DNA of 63,991 bases, counting the filler, from Streblomastix strix (Eukaryota): NCBI GenBank assembly GCA_008636045.1. It is 3 parts of 3 records of this genome, joined end to end, with 100 filler letters (N's around TTAATTAATTAA, not from the genome) between each part and the next. Parts side by side here need not be neighbours in the genome. Positions count along the whole stretch, not along the records: positions 21,973 to 43,836 come from SNRW01000348.1; 2 more parts are not named here. One strand, given 5' to 3'. The translations under genes were made by a program, and so were the position numbers. The notes below the pieces were generated by a model that was not told the origin of the DNA, ran no database searches, and saw only the letters and a list, made by a program, of their open reading frames with translations. This document shows positions 27,854 to 40,213 of this stretch, in pieces; positions within the stretch are counted from its first letter, which is position 1, and each line of letters opens with the position of its first letter.

Positions 27854-28343
27854 CTGAAAAGGAGATGGGATGAATATGTTTAAAAACAGTTTAAAGAATA
27901 AAAAAGAGATTATAAATAACAATACAAACTGAGACTTCAGACTCATGTAACTCAGGGACTATGTTCAACTTAGATACTACTTTCCAAAGTGATGTAGATG
28001 CATCAAATGTCCCGAATGCTATTCATATAGGAGCAGCTCGAGATGGTACAAAAGCATAACAATATGGTTCAGAAGTTGGAGACATGATGAGGAAGACTCT
28101 CAAGGGAGATATTCATGATGCTTGAAGAAAGCAAGAAAGCAACTTTCATAGATTTTGACAAAAATTTGCAATGAGTGTTATGTGATAATAAATAGAAATT
28201 TTATTTATAGAATATAATTCGGATAGAATTCTCTTTATTAATTATGACTTAAAGTTGAAAATGAAACAGGTGTATACTAATAGATAAGGTGAGTAAAGAT
28301 AAATAGTTATTTATTCACTTTCTTTTTAGAAAGACTTAACAAA

Positions 28344-31300
28344 TCAGCATTTCTAGATTTATGAATTGTTAGCTGAATATTTAATGATATAAAAAAAATT
28401 AAAAGAATAATAATTAATTAATTAAAATTGGTTTTATTTCTGTTTTTTTTAATACATACTAGGGTTTTTGGCAAGATATTGAAGAGCATTTTATGCAGCC
28501 ATAGAATCTTCATTATCAGGATCGTTTTTAATGGCCATTAGATATGAAATGATATCTTTTCTCATTTAAACATTATCGATCTTTTTTGATTTGAAGATCC
28601 TTCCAATTCAGATTGCAGCGCTGTCTTTGGTTGGTTTGTTTGCGGTAGAAAAGAAAAGTTGATACATCCTAGCAATTCCATCGTATGTTTATATCTAATC
28701 AAAATATATATGCGCTTCTAGAGGAGATCTTTAATCATATACATTATGTATTATACTTCTAACGGATGAAATAGCATTTGAAGCAATAGTTTCATGTGGA
28801 TGGCTAATTAAACGGATAAGTGCAGGATACAGACTCGTATTTTTGGAAAGAATGATTGAGCTTTCATGTTCACAATTATCTGTAAATGCAACAAAAGCTT
28901 AAGAAAATGGTAAAGTAATAGTACTGAATTCACGATTAGCTAATATTTGTAAGAGCAAATCTATTATTCCTATATTGATCATATGAATTCTCAGTTATTC
29001 ATCATTTCTATCATGTAATAATGCTTCGATTAACCTGCATTTACCTTCCTGATCATTTATTATCATTTTCTTTTATTTTTCATTCCCAATTAATTCTTTT
29101 TTTAAATCATTCTTAATTTACTCAAGAAGATTTCCCTTCAGAATCTCAGAAAGATTTACTACATTTTTAGAATAATAAAAATATATGAATAGTAAAAACA
29201 GATTATAATTATTATTATATTATAATATTATTTCTAAGAATAATAATTACATTTATTATCATATACCTTGATTGCATGCCAGATAGTTAAGTGCATTAAC
29301 ACTAGCTTTTCTTGCTTGTTCATCTGAATCACTACAAATTAAAAATTTTAGATGCTAAATAATATCAGATCTCATTTAAGCATCTCCTATCTCCTTTGCT
29401 CTGTAAATAAGTCCAATGCATGCGGCAGCACAATCTCTGGTTGCCTTGCTGATATTCCTTAAGAACAGCTCATATATCTTTGACGCACCATTACATCGTT
29501 ATATCAAATCAAAATGTTGATTCGGTTCGTCATCATCATCAAAGTTTGCTATGCCTTCGATAACTAGATTATGAATTGAACTGATTGCATATCCAGCAGC
29601 TTCTGCATCGGCAAGGCTTAAAATGCGAACTAATGCTGGATATGGCTTCTTCTGAATAAGCTACAATCTAATGTCTCGGCTGCAAAAACTGGTAAAACTA
29701 TATATTGAAATGCAGAATGGCACTGTGATTTAGTTAAGCTCATATGTTGTTAATATGTGTAACAATAAGTCTACAATGCCAAATTCTATTGCATATTTTC
29801 TTCCTTTCTCATTTTCATAATTTTAAAACATGTCATTAAATATCTGACAAGCTCTTTCTTATTCTTTAATTATTCCTGTTATCTGGTTCTTAGTTCCAAT
29901 AAGTGGTTTCGTAAGTCTTTCAACGATTAAAATTAAGTTCTTTAATTGATAGCGAAGTTCAGAATCCTAAGTTAATTATTATTATTATTATTATTATTAT
30001 TATTTGCTTTATTAATTTTAATCACCTTGTTAACTTTTTATTTTTCGATCATTTTCTTTCTTTTCATTATTTTATTTTTCTTGCATTTCTTTTTCCTTCT
30101 CAATTTGATTCTATTTTTTTCTTTACGCTTTTCTCTTTCTAGCCCTTCCACTAACTTTCTTATTCTTTCTTTCATTTAATTAATCTGTTTTATCTTCTCT
30201 TTCAATTTATTCATTATCATCATTTTCCGAATTTTCTATTTCTTTTTCTTATTTTTATTCATATTAATCATTATTATCTATTTCATTACTTTATTTATTA
30301 TAATAATTTTTATTTTCAATTTTATTGATTTATTACTATTAATTGATTTAATCATTTATTTCTTCTTTTCCTTAATTGTTCCTTCTTTTATTATGTCTTT
30401 TCTTCTTTTTCTTTTCTTTTTCTTATTGATCAAGATTCTAAAAAGAATTATTTCCATCTTAATGTTAATTATTAATGTATATCTCACTAAATATGGATTA
30501 ATCTTGAACTTAACTTTCTTACTATTTTGATTATTATAAAGTAATTATGCTATTTTCTGAAGATGTTTGTGAAAATGAACATAGAAAATTGCTATTTAAG
30601 GATTATGATGTGAAAGGTAGAGAAAATTTAGGGGAAATTTATATTGGAGATTAAATATGAATTATTTCTTATGGTTAATCGGAATTTAATGATAAATCTG
30701 GTGATGAGGAAGAAGAAGAGGTATATATAGGAATAACTGAATTAATTTATTATATTTCAGATAAAGATGATTATTATGCAGACGATATTGTAGAATCAAC
30801 TTGCTTAGATGTTTGCATCTAATTTTCTAATTAAATATTGCTATCGCGTCTCTACTAAATTATCCTTCTTGCAATCTCTGGATGCTCAAGAAGTTGTCCG
30901 GTTGTTGGTCTTCGAGCTGGATCCTATTTAATAATATAATGATGATGTAAAGAAATAATATTATAATCATAATTATAAAAAAAATATAGAAATATAATAA
31001 ATAAGTATAATTAATAATTATTTATTTATACGAATTAAATAAATCACACTTTGTTTAGCATCGCCATCACAATTTACTTCAATTATTCGGATATGCGAGA
31101 AGGAAGTTATTTAGGAGTACATTTCTTTATTCTTTTATTTGTAATCTTTCCTTGTTTGCCTTATAAATTAAAAAAAATAATTGCAAATAATAAAATTTTT
31201 ATTTTATATTATATTTATTATCATACCAGCAAAAGGATGTTTGAGTACAATAAGCTCATAGCAAATCTCCCCAAGAGCAAAGACATCCGATTCTTAAGTT

Positions 31301-32299
31301 TGTACAACCACGCTGCTTTGTTAATAGAGCAAATGGATATTAATATTATTCAAGAGAGAAATTGAAAATAATTAGATAATAAAAAAAAAGTAATAAAATG
31401 TAAAATATAGTTAAGTTTATTTTATTATAAAAATAAATTAAATACAAAGTTGGTCTTTTATGAATTTTATTAAAATCGCTGTCGCTTCCACTGTCTGATT
31501 CATCTTCTTCTTCTTCCAACAATTCAGGAGAAAAGTAAACTCTGAAAAATATTAGAAAATGAAATAATATCATTAAACATTGATATGAATATAATTGATA
31601 TAATAAATGATATTCATACGTCGTTCCACCAACTTTGGTGTAGTATTGCTATGTCTGTTGTGCAATTCGTGCCAATTCAAAGTCACCTTAAATGTATATG
31701 AATAAAAAGATTAATTAATAAATAGACAACATATATTTTTCTTTTGAATACCAATCTTAACATGATTCTCGCCAGTCAGGAATACATTTTCTGGTTTAAA
31801 GTCCCGGTGGATTATGTCCATCTCATGCAGACTGTGAAGTGCTTCCACCATTTGAGTAAGTATATTCCATATTTCCTATAAAAATGAAGTAAATATATTA
31901 ATTTGTAAAATATTATTAATTCTCACATCCACGCTGGGAAAGGATTCTCTTTCTATCAGATCATTCATGTACTTCCTCAGATCGCCCTTATCGCAGTATT
32001 CCATCATAATGAAGAACTCGTGTTTATCTTCAAACGATCCAAGGAACTAAACAAGGTAATCTCCTCGAACTCTTTGAAGCATTTCTAATTCTAACTACGC
32101 CAATCTTCGATCTTCATCACTTGTGATTGTGATGCGCTTCCATGCGCATTACTTGCCTGTAGCATTTTCAACTACGAGAAATGTTGTACCGAATGCACCA
32201 TGACCCAATGCACGTATAATTTAATCTGAAGTATGAAAGTTGAGGGAACTATGAGAATTTGAAATAAAACTGGTGCATACAGTCGCTTTATTTAGACAT
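28344..32299 (-). CDS. NEK-like Ser/Thr kinase fused to a Gln-rich/coiled-coil linker and two ARM-like repeat units
   Basis: LGHGAFG, AWKRI, IMMEYCDKGDL, IIHRDFKPENVFL, GDFELA (DFG->DFE), YFSPE, SDVFALG, DPARRPT across many short introns. In-frame TGA at 28608-28610; 3' end uncertain. Confidence 0.85.
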
Positions 32300-34178
32300 T
32301 TCTTAAAGTAAAATTAAGAAAATAAATATATAAATATATATTTAAAGTGTCATTTATATCTGAATTAATAAACATAAATGTGCAAATATGTCATATGACT
32401 GCAAATTACATCGCATTTTCAGAAGGCAACTTGGATAAAAATTAATAGTGTAAAATTTGTATATTTTTGCACATCATTTATATGAATTTAGTGATTGAAG
32501 TTTAAAAACAAATTTACATAGTAATAAAGTATAAATATGGAAATATAAGCAATATTTTCCAAATTTTATTAGAAGGCAAATTATTTGCGGGTGGATAGAT
32601 AAATTTCAACATAAATGAAAATTATAATTAAATTTATATCAATTATTATTTATTTATTGGGGATGCCAAATTGACCCAGAGGGTTCTGGATGGGTGGATC
32701 GATCAGAGTTCTGTGGGTAAGAATAAATATATGATATTGCAAAAATAGCGTTTTACTTTATGCAGGAAAAATTGAAAAAAGAAAAAAAAAATAATAAAAT
32801 CTAAACTGCATCAACAAATAATTAGAATTATATGTATGTATGCTGTAATTTAGTAATAAATTAAATAAATTAAATTATTAAATATGCTATTTATTAAAAA
32901 AACTTGTGATACATGAAAGAATTAACAAAAAATAAAAAACAATTTGTTGAAGCCAACTGTAGAATAATGGTCAAATGTATCTAATCAAATAAGTTAATAA
33001 ATATATAAATTTAAAAAGTAATATAAAAATTAAAGATAAGGATACTAGCTGAGGGACATACTGCTGAGATTAGAATTTTACCCAAAGTGCTAATAGATGC
33101 TTATTTGAATACGTATTTTACTAAAATATATATTTATAAAATGTATTAAAATTAATTTTTTAGAAGAGCAGTGGTAAATACTCTTGTTTGAAATGACCCA
33201 GACTGGGTTGGGTCGGGTTGGGTTGTATTTTAAAGCCAAATTTTGACAGTAACAAGAATTGCACACCTGTAAGATAATAATACATAAATTGATCAATATA
33301 GAAATATGATATTGATATAATTTCACATAATTATAACAAATATAGTCAATAATATAATTAACTGGGCGCGAAAAAGAGCTTTCCTATAACGACCGAATAA
33401 ATTTTGAGGAAACTATTTTTATTGAAACTATATTTAATATTTTAATGTATATAAACATATTATACATAAATATTTAAATCTATTTAATATATTATTATTC
33501 ATATCCGAATCAATAAAAAAAAATTTAATATTTTATTTTAATTCATTTTATTTTGGGTCATTTTTTCTAGGTTGGGTGGGTTTGTCGGGCTCTGGATAGT
33601 TAGGTTAGCAGTGAAAAATTTTCTTAAAGATATAATTTTTGTATTATTATTGTATGAACTTTCAGAAATAGTTTTAATTTTACCAATTATATGAAACAAT
33701 AAAGGTAATAAAATTATTTTAAATAATAAATTATTTTTTGAAATTCATTTTCATGCTATAATTATGTTTGTTGGAAATAGCTATATTTCAACTCTTTGTG
33801 CAGGCATATCTGTTTGTTTATTTGCATTGAATACATAAAATAAATATAAGCATTCATTTGTTTTTATATAATCACTCATGTCATTTATCATTTTTGTAAT
33901 ATATTAAAGAGATGTTGCATTATATTGGTTAGAAATAGTAATGTTGGACTAAAGCACTTTCGTGAGCGCTGATCGCGCGTTGGGCAAAACTAAAAGCGCT
34001 CCAATTAAAATTACCCAATCAATCTTCTCCTAAAAGAGATTATTGTTGCATATTTCCTTCAAATACTCATGTTCTTCCTCTTTATTTTGTAACTGCTAAA
34101 TGGGCCTCTGAGACTTGGTGCTCCATTGAGCTGACCACACCTGTGGGTCGGTCCTGTATAAAATAAAGAAAACAAATC

Positions 34179-36130
34179 ATGACGCAAGCAAGTGATTAAA
34201 TTGCACGGGCACTGTTCACACACTTTTGCGATGGTGCTGGTCCCAATGCGACACCTATCTAACCGCTGGCCGACTACAGAGACGCGAATGGGAACGATTT
34301 TAACGTGTATACGTGCGACCGCGAGATTACAGTGACTGACGCTGATGCTGGACCTGCTCTGATGACGCTGCTGATGCAGGAGATATAATTTTTTATCGTA
34401 GGCTTCATGGAGCTGCTTACCGAGCGCAACGCGTTAGCAACTGATTTTTGGGCGAATCCAATCACACAACTGAAGATACGGACCTACAAGGCGCGAATTT
34501 TGCATGCATCAGAGGTAACAAGACACGCAGAGGTACCACCGCACCAAATTTTGAACAACTCCTCAAATAGTTGAATAGACAGATACATTCAGAATTAGTA
34601 ATTTCAAATCCTGATGCAGTACAAGCTTATGATACTTTCGATTCAACATGTGCTGGAAGGGAACAGGAAAGAGACACTGATTGATATAGTAGGCGTGCGT
34701 GCTGCACTACTTCGCTTCGCATAAAAGTCAACGTGTATCTGAATACAGGTAAAGAAAGGCGCTTAATGAGCCTAATTATTTGATCCGGGCTATAGTGGGG
34801 TTATGTCACACGCGATTCAACCATTGCATACGTTGAGACTGATGCAAGAATTAGGAAGTCAGGACTTTGTTAATTCACAAGCAGGCCAATATTCCGCAAC
34901 CGCGATGGGACCAGGACAATAGATTGCACAGCTGGTAACGGTTACATCAACTTAAATCGTTTAGCAATTTTATTCTGGATAACTGATATCAAGACCTTAG
35001 ATATAATAACCATTCCAAGGATTTGGCATGTACCCGGGAATACAACAATTTTAAGGTTTTCCGTAACCAGGTCTGTTCTAGTAGATCCAACCTTCAGGCT
35101 ATGGTATATATTTATACAGATAGCCAAGTATCATTGAAGGCCTACCTTAGTTCATGTAGAGTCCTCCGACATTTGGATTGTAAAAAACTCAAGAATCAAA
35201 TTTATTGATTCTTCCAGTATCAAGCTTAATGGGTTATCCAGCGTTTTAATCCAGCTTCCAAAGCTAGAATTTTGAGTAACTAAATTAACAATACAACTAA
35301 CAATCCATGATTAGATTACCAACACTGGTACAATAGCAATAGAGTCAGGTTTAAGAACCTATTTATGTAAATGGGAGACTATTAGACTCACCAGGAACAG
35401 CCTTAACAAGAAAGATTGTATAAGATTAACAACCTTTATAGAACAGAGAAAGCTTATAGAGAACAGATCAGAGCCAGTTCACTCCAATAGACCCTCCATA
35501 ACTATCGATAATTCTGAACTAACAATAATTTAATGCTCATAGAGACTTCTGGACATAAAGGAGTTAAACTTTAAGATACTTTGGTTTGAAAGCTACAGGA
35601 GAACACCATAGAGGATTTGGAGAAAGCCTCCTAAATGTCAGTGTGTTCATTTAGAGATATGCTAGACATGAACACATAACAATTAATGATTGGAAAGCCT
35701 TTTGGAGAGAGGTAGATACAGATTTGTACTTAGATTCGGTACGAATGGACTTAGATAAAGATGGCAACCACCATCATTACCATAATCATCATCATGACCA
35801 CGACCGCAATCATAGACACGACAAAGAGCGAAACGACAGTAACAATCAATTAGATTTGGGGAGAGGTAGGAAAAGAAAGATAGTAATTTCAAGTGAAGGT
35901 TCAGATAATGGACAGAGTAATGATGAATGGACTGTAGGTCCACACCGCGAGGTTGAGAGATATCGATTAAGATAATTTAGAATACGACGCAATAGACGAG
36001 AATAGGCCTTACCTCCAGTTCAAACTGTATCAGGAGAATCATTTTATATGACAAACCTTCTAACAGCTTAAGAAGAAGCCTTTCGCAGGATAAACAACAT
36101 TTACCCTAACCTTAATGAAGAAAGCAGTGT
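34179..36130 (+). pseudogene. Decayed GC-richer intronless ORF, probably gag-like ORF of a second retroelement
   Basis: Begins MTQASDQIARALFTHF, has Gln-rich and His/Arg/Asp-rich tracts and several TGAs. Composition matches the adjacent element, but no diagnostic motif was seen. Confidence 0.4.
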
Positions 36131-39100
36131 ATCTTGAACCAATGCAATGGGCAGATTCTCTCATCAGCAATCTTGCAGATCTTGAATCCAACAATTCTTT
36201 GAGGGGACTTTAAGATAGTCATATGGTTTATATAAATTCATCTTTAGATGCGCAGAATTGCGTAGCTCTATGCAATTCAGCTAACCTTGCCACATTGAAC
36301 TCCGTAACTAATATAGCAGCTATTGCTCTCCTATACTGGATTGTTTGAAGGATCTATTCGAATAATGGTTCTTATGATTTGATGTAATTTAATAAAATAT
36401 CCAGATCCGAGATCTACTTTTCTTTATCAGTTTATCTAAATCACATTCAGATCTTTCTCATGAGTTATTTAACTAGGTCGGAATGGATCTATTGTTCTGG
36501 GTATCCCATGAACTTAAGCAAAGCTGCTAAAGCGCATCGTTGATTCTTGACTGAGTTATCTGAATATTTTTAGTCTATTGCATTTTACAAATAGTTTGTC
36601 CTGAAGATCAATGGTTATTCAAGGTTTAAAAGGTACTTAGGCTCTTAGTGGATCCACGAGAAATATCTTGCTAGTAGTGTGAGCTTTGTAGTATACGTTC
36701 TTCATTAGCCTGACTAATTAGAAATGACTCGATCTACTACCTTATAACTCAGTCCTCTAGCTTATAACGGTTGTTTAAAAAGCTTCTCTCCGTCATTACT
36801 CCCACTAAAAAAAGGTAGATCAATCCAGGTGGCTGCGCCCATTCTTTGATTCTATGTTTCGCTCCCATTAATAAGACTTGCGTACACACTCCTAAGCATA
36901 TCATCTGTCTTGTAATCTCTCACAGTTCTGTGAACCACTTCTGATTTGATCAATCAGGCGCTATCAAGACTGCTAATGAGAGTCGCTCTTCTTTGATCTT
37001 CTCTATAGTCTTCAGTAGTTAAGAGACTAGTGAGTGAAGTAACGGAATTTCCTTGGCCCATTCTAGATTGAATTCATTTCGCATGGTAGCAAATCTGTCC
37101 TTGAATATATTGCAATGCATCGTGCACTATCGTTTTTGCATGTGTCACCAATATATGCATATAGAACGAGATCCCAAGCTCCTTGAGTGTCTTCTAGTGG
37201 ACTTCTTTCTTGATTGCGTAATCTCCGCATCTGGATAACCTTGACAAGCTGTCTGGTATAGTGTTCGAAAGGCTAGGAATATGGCTAGCTTCTGTTATCC
37301 AATTGTATTGTTCTGCTAACTTGAGGACTTTGTCTACTAGAGGCGCGATCGTGATTGATCCGTTGTCCTTATTAAGTCAGAACACTGAAACTGTGTTATT
37401 TATGTGTAATCATTTTCCAGCAATTTGTGATTCAATCAATTCTTGACGAAATTCTTAAATAGTTTTCAGAACTGTTATCATTTCTTGTAAAATAAAACTC
37501 TTAAGATTATTGTCTTTCTATTCTCCATGTGTAAACACCTTCTCCTTGTTCTCTTTGATCAATGTTGCCATTATCCTGAGCTCGAAGGGTCTGTTTAGAA
37601 TGTAATCCAATTGTTTGGTTTCATGAAGCACAGTGGTTGGTTATAGGCTAACTTTTTTATCCATCAAGTTATGTCCAGTATCGCCCTATTGTTGAGTTGA
37701 GTCCACTAATTGCAGCCTCAACTGGCTACTTCTTTATCTTTCAGCTTTTAGAATTACTTGATATGAAGCGCGCTTCGAATAAATTTTGCTCGTGCGTATT
37801 GGTTCTCTGCTAATACCGATGCCGAGTCAATTGTTCTTACGCGTTACTTTCTCTTTGCCAGTTCCATCAGATGTCGTAATTGCTTTGCAATTCCCCTCCT
37901 TCTGAATGAATTCATTTACCAAATCATTGATCTCCTGTTGCACTGCCTGTTCACGAACTCTACTACCTGCTGAGGAGTTGATCTAGCTCATATTCTTTGC
38001 GATTACCCATCCAAACTCTTGTAGAGTCTTAACTAATTGCAGCATTTCGTGCTGCTATATTATGGGATTCCAAATCAGGATCCGAATGTCTTCTACATTG
38101 ACGTATGTTTTTGAACTGTAGCGCTTCCAGGCATTGGAGATCTATGGCTAAAGGCATTTAATTAACGTTCTCTAAGCCATTGAAACTCCAAACAGTATTA
38201 CTTTATAGCTGTAAGAGTGATCATTAAAGCTAAAGCATAGACACGATCGCATCTTTTCTGCTACTCTGATGTGGTGGAAAGCTTGATGCATGTCCATTGT
38301 TGTGGCATAATCGTTGGTCATTATTATTTTCTGAATGTCTGTTATTCACTGCAAAATGAAGTACTCTGTTCTCAATTAGCTATTCCAGAATCGACAGTAT
38401 TGAATCTTTCCCAAACCTCGCTTCTTCTTCGAAATCGCAATATTGCGTTCTAGTATATATTGAAAAAGTTTGAAACCTATATCTTGACGTCGTTTTCCAG
38501 CTATTTTTTGATAATTTTGGATAAACACAAGTATGATTCAGAGTCTTCCTTGAACGCGGTCTTATGTCTCAGGACTTCTAGGATATGCGCACTGTCTTGG
38601 TTTCTCCAAATAAGCGCTATTTCTCTTAGTATTCTATCGCTCTGGCCTATCAAAATCCTCTCTTGCAAAGAATTCAACAATTCAGTTCTTACTTTGAACA
38701 GGATTTAAGAATAAAATGCGCTAGTCTACATAGTTGGTCGCGGTTTAATGGTTATTGCTCGATGGCAACTTGCAAACAATTTGACCTGAGTGTCTATTAA
38801 TAACACTTACCTCAGCAAGTTGTCATCGTTTTCGATTGCTTTATCCTTCTTCATGCGGCACCAAGCTCTATTCTGCTCTCCTTCTTCTTGTTCCATCGAT
38901 ATCAATCATTGATGATTCTTCTCTACACGTCTTTCGCAATTCGATGCTCGCTAATTATCGTTTGTTTGCCTGCGCCCTTTTTCTATGTAGTTATCGCACC
39001 TACTGTAATACATAACATTATCATGTGCGGATGGAGACTGAGATTTCGTTGATCTATAATTAACTTATGCTTAATTCCTAGTCTATCCTTAAGTAGAATA

Positions 39101-40130
39101 TGCATAATGAATCGATCTTAGGCACGCTCCTGCAGTTGGACACATGAGGCATGCATCAATTTGATATCTAGATGATTAATAGTTAGGTATTATTTGGTGA
39201 ATCTCTGCTATCAACATACTCTCTGCAAGTGAAACTGCTCTGGCACAGTCGGCATAAACGTGTGACGATTCACTTGATTGCATTTCTCTTGATTCCGAAA
39301 TAGACAGCAGGTTCTTGTATTACCATTTCTTTAATTCTGCTGACCTCCTCCAGCAATCTTTCGGTTCCATCTTGTTCGGGTCAAACTTGGAAGGCCAGAG
39401 TACTCCTACTATCTTGACGATTTCCTTCCGAATTTCACCATCTATGTGGCGGTGTTAATGGTGTTGATGTCGATTATGAAGGATATCTCTGCGTGACGAA
39501 CTAAAAAGACTTTATTTGTTTGAGTTCTAGGTTGCTATACTTTGACTCCAGCACTTGCGCATTCTTGAGTGTTTCTTGTCATATCTTCTAGACTTTGAGC
39601 AGCAATTGCTGCTTGAAGACTATGAAAGAGACCTTTTTGTTCATTTGCGCTTCTTTTTCTGATATGCGCGAAAATCCTAGTCTGAATCATCTATATTAGA
39701 AACTGTGCTCGATGACGGTGCGCTTGGATGCGTGAATAACGCTGCCGGCGGTCCTAACTTGCTATTCGCGATAAGCCGTGCTTTTAGACTATGCTCTATG
39801 AAGAATCTGAGCTGCACCTCCAAGCTATTGGCCACTTGTCCTTAAGTTATCTTCTGTTGCGTCTCAATTTTCGATAATGTGTTATTCATCGCTGTAAATC
39901 TCTAAGTTGAGTCTTCAAACACCATTCGCATACTCAACATATACAGTATAAGCGCATCTAGCATATCCATGAAACAGGGGGTCGTTCGTATTGATGATCA
40001 GTGGGTCTTTATTTTAGTCCGCAAAAAAGCTTCAATTTCGAGTTAATGCATGAAAGACAGAACCAGGGGAGCTTTCAAGTCTTCATCTTGTGCTTAGGGG
40101 TCTTACTCTTGTGATGAGCTTGATTATTTC
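36130..40130 (-). mobile_element. Degenerate DIRS-like tyrosine-recombinase retrotransposon (gag-like, RT, RNase H region, DAM-like MTase, truncated YR)
   Basis: RT: DYATTMDMHQAFHHIRV...CFSFNDHSYSYKVILFGVS...YVNVED (YxDD lost). MTase-like: EWAKEIPLLH...LAVLIAPD*SNQKWFTEL. YR: VARLAELHRA...ERICPLHWFK. Frameshifts and stops present; ends not resolved. Confidence 0.82.
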
Positions 40131-40213
40131 ACTTTTTTCAATTATAAAATGATTTTTTTTGTGCAGGACTTATTACATGTTGCCCAGAGAATCAATAAAC
40201 AATCGATGAACTC

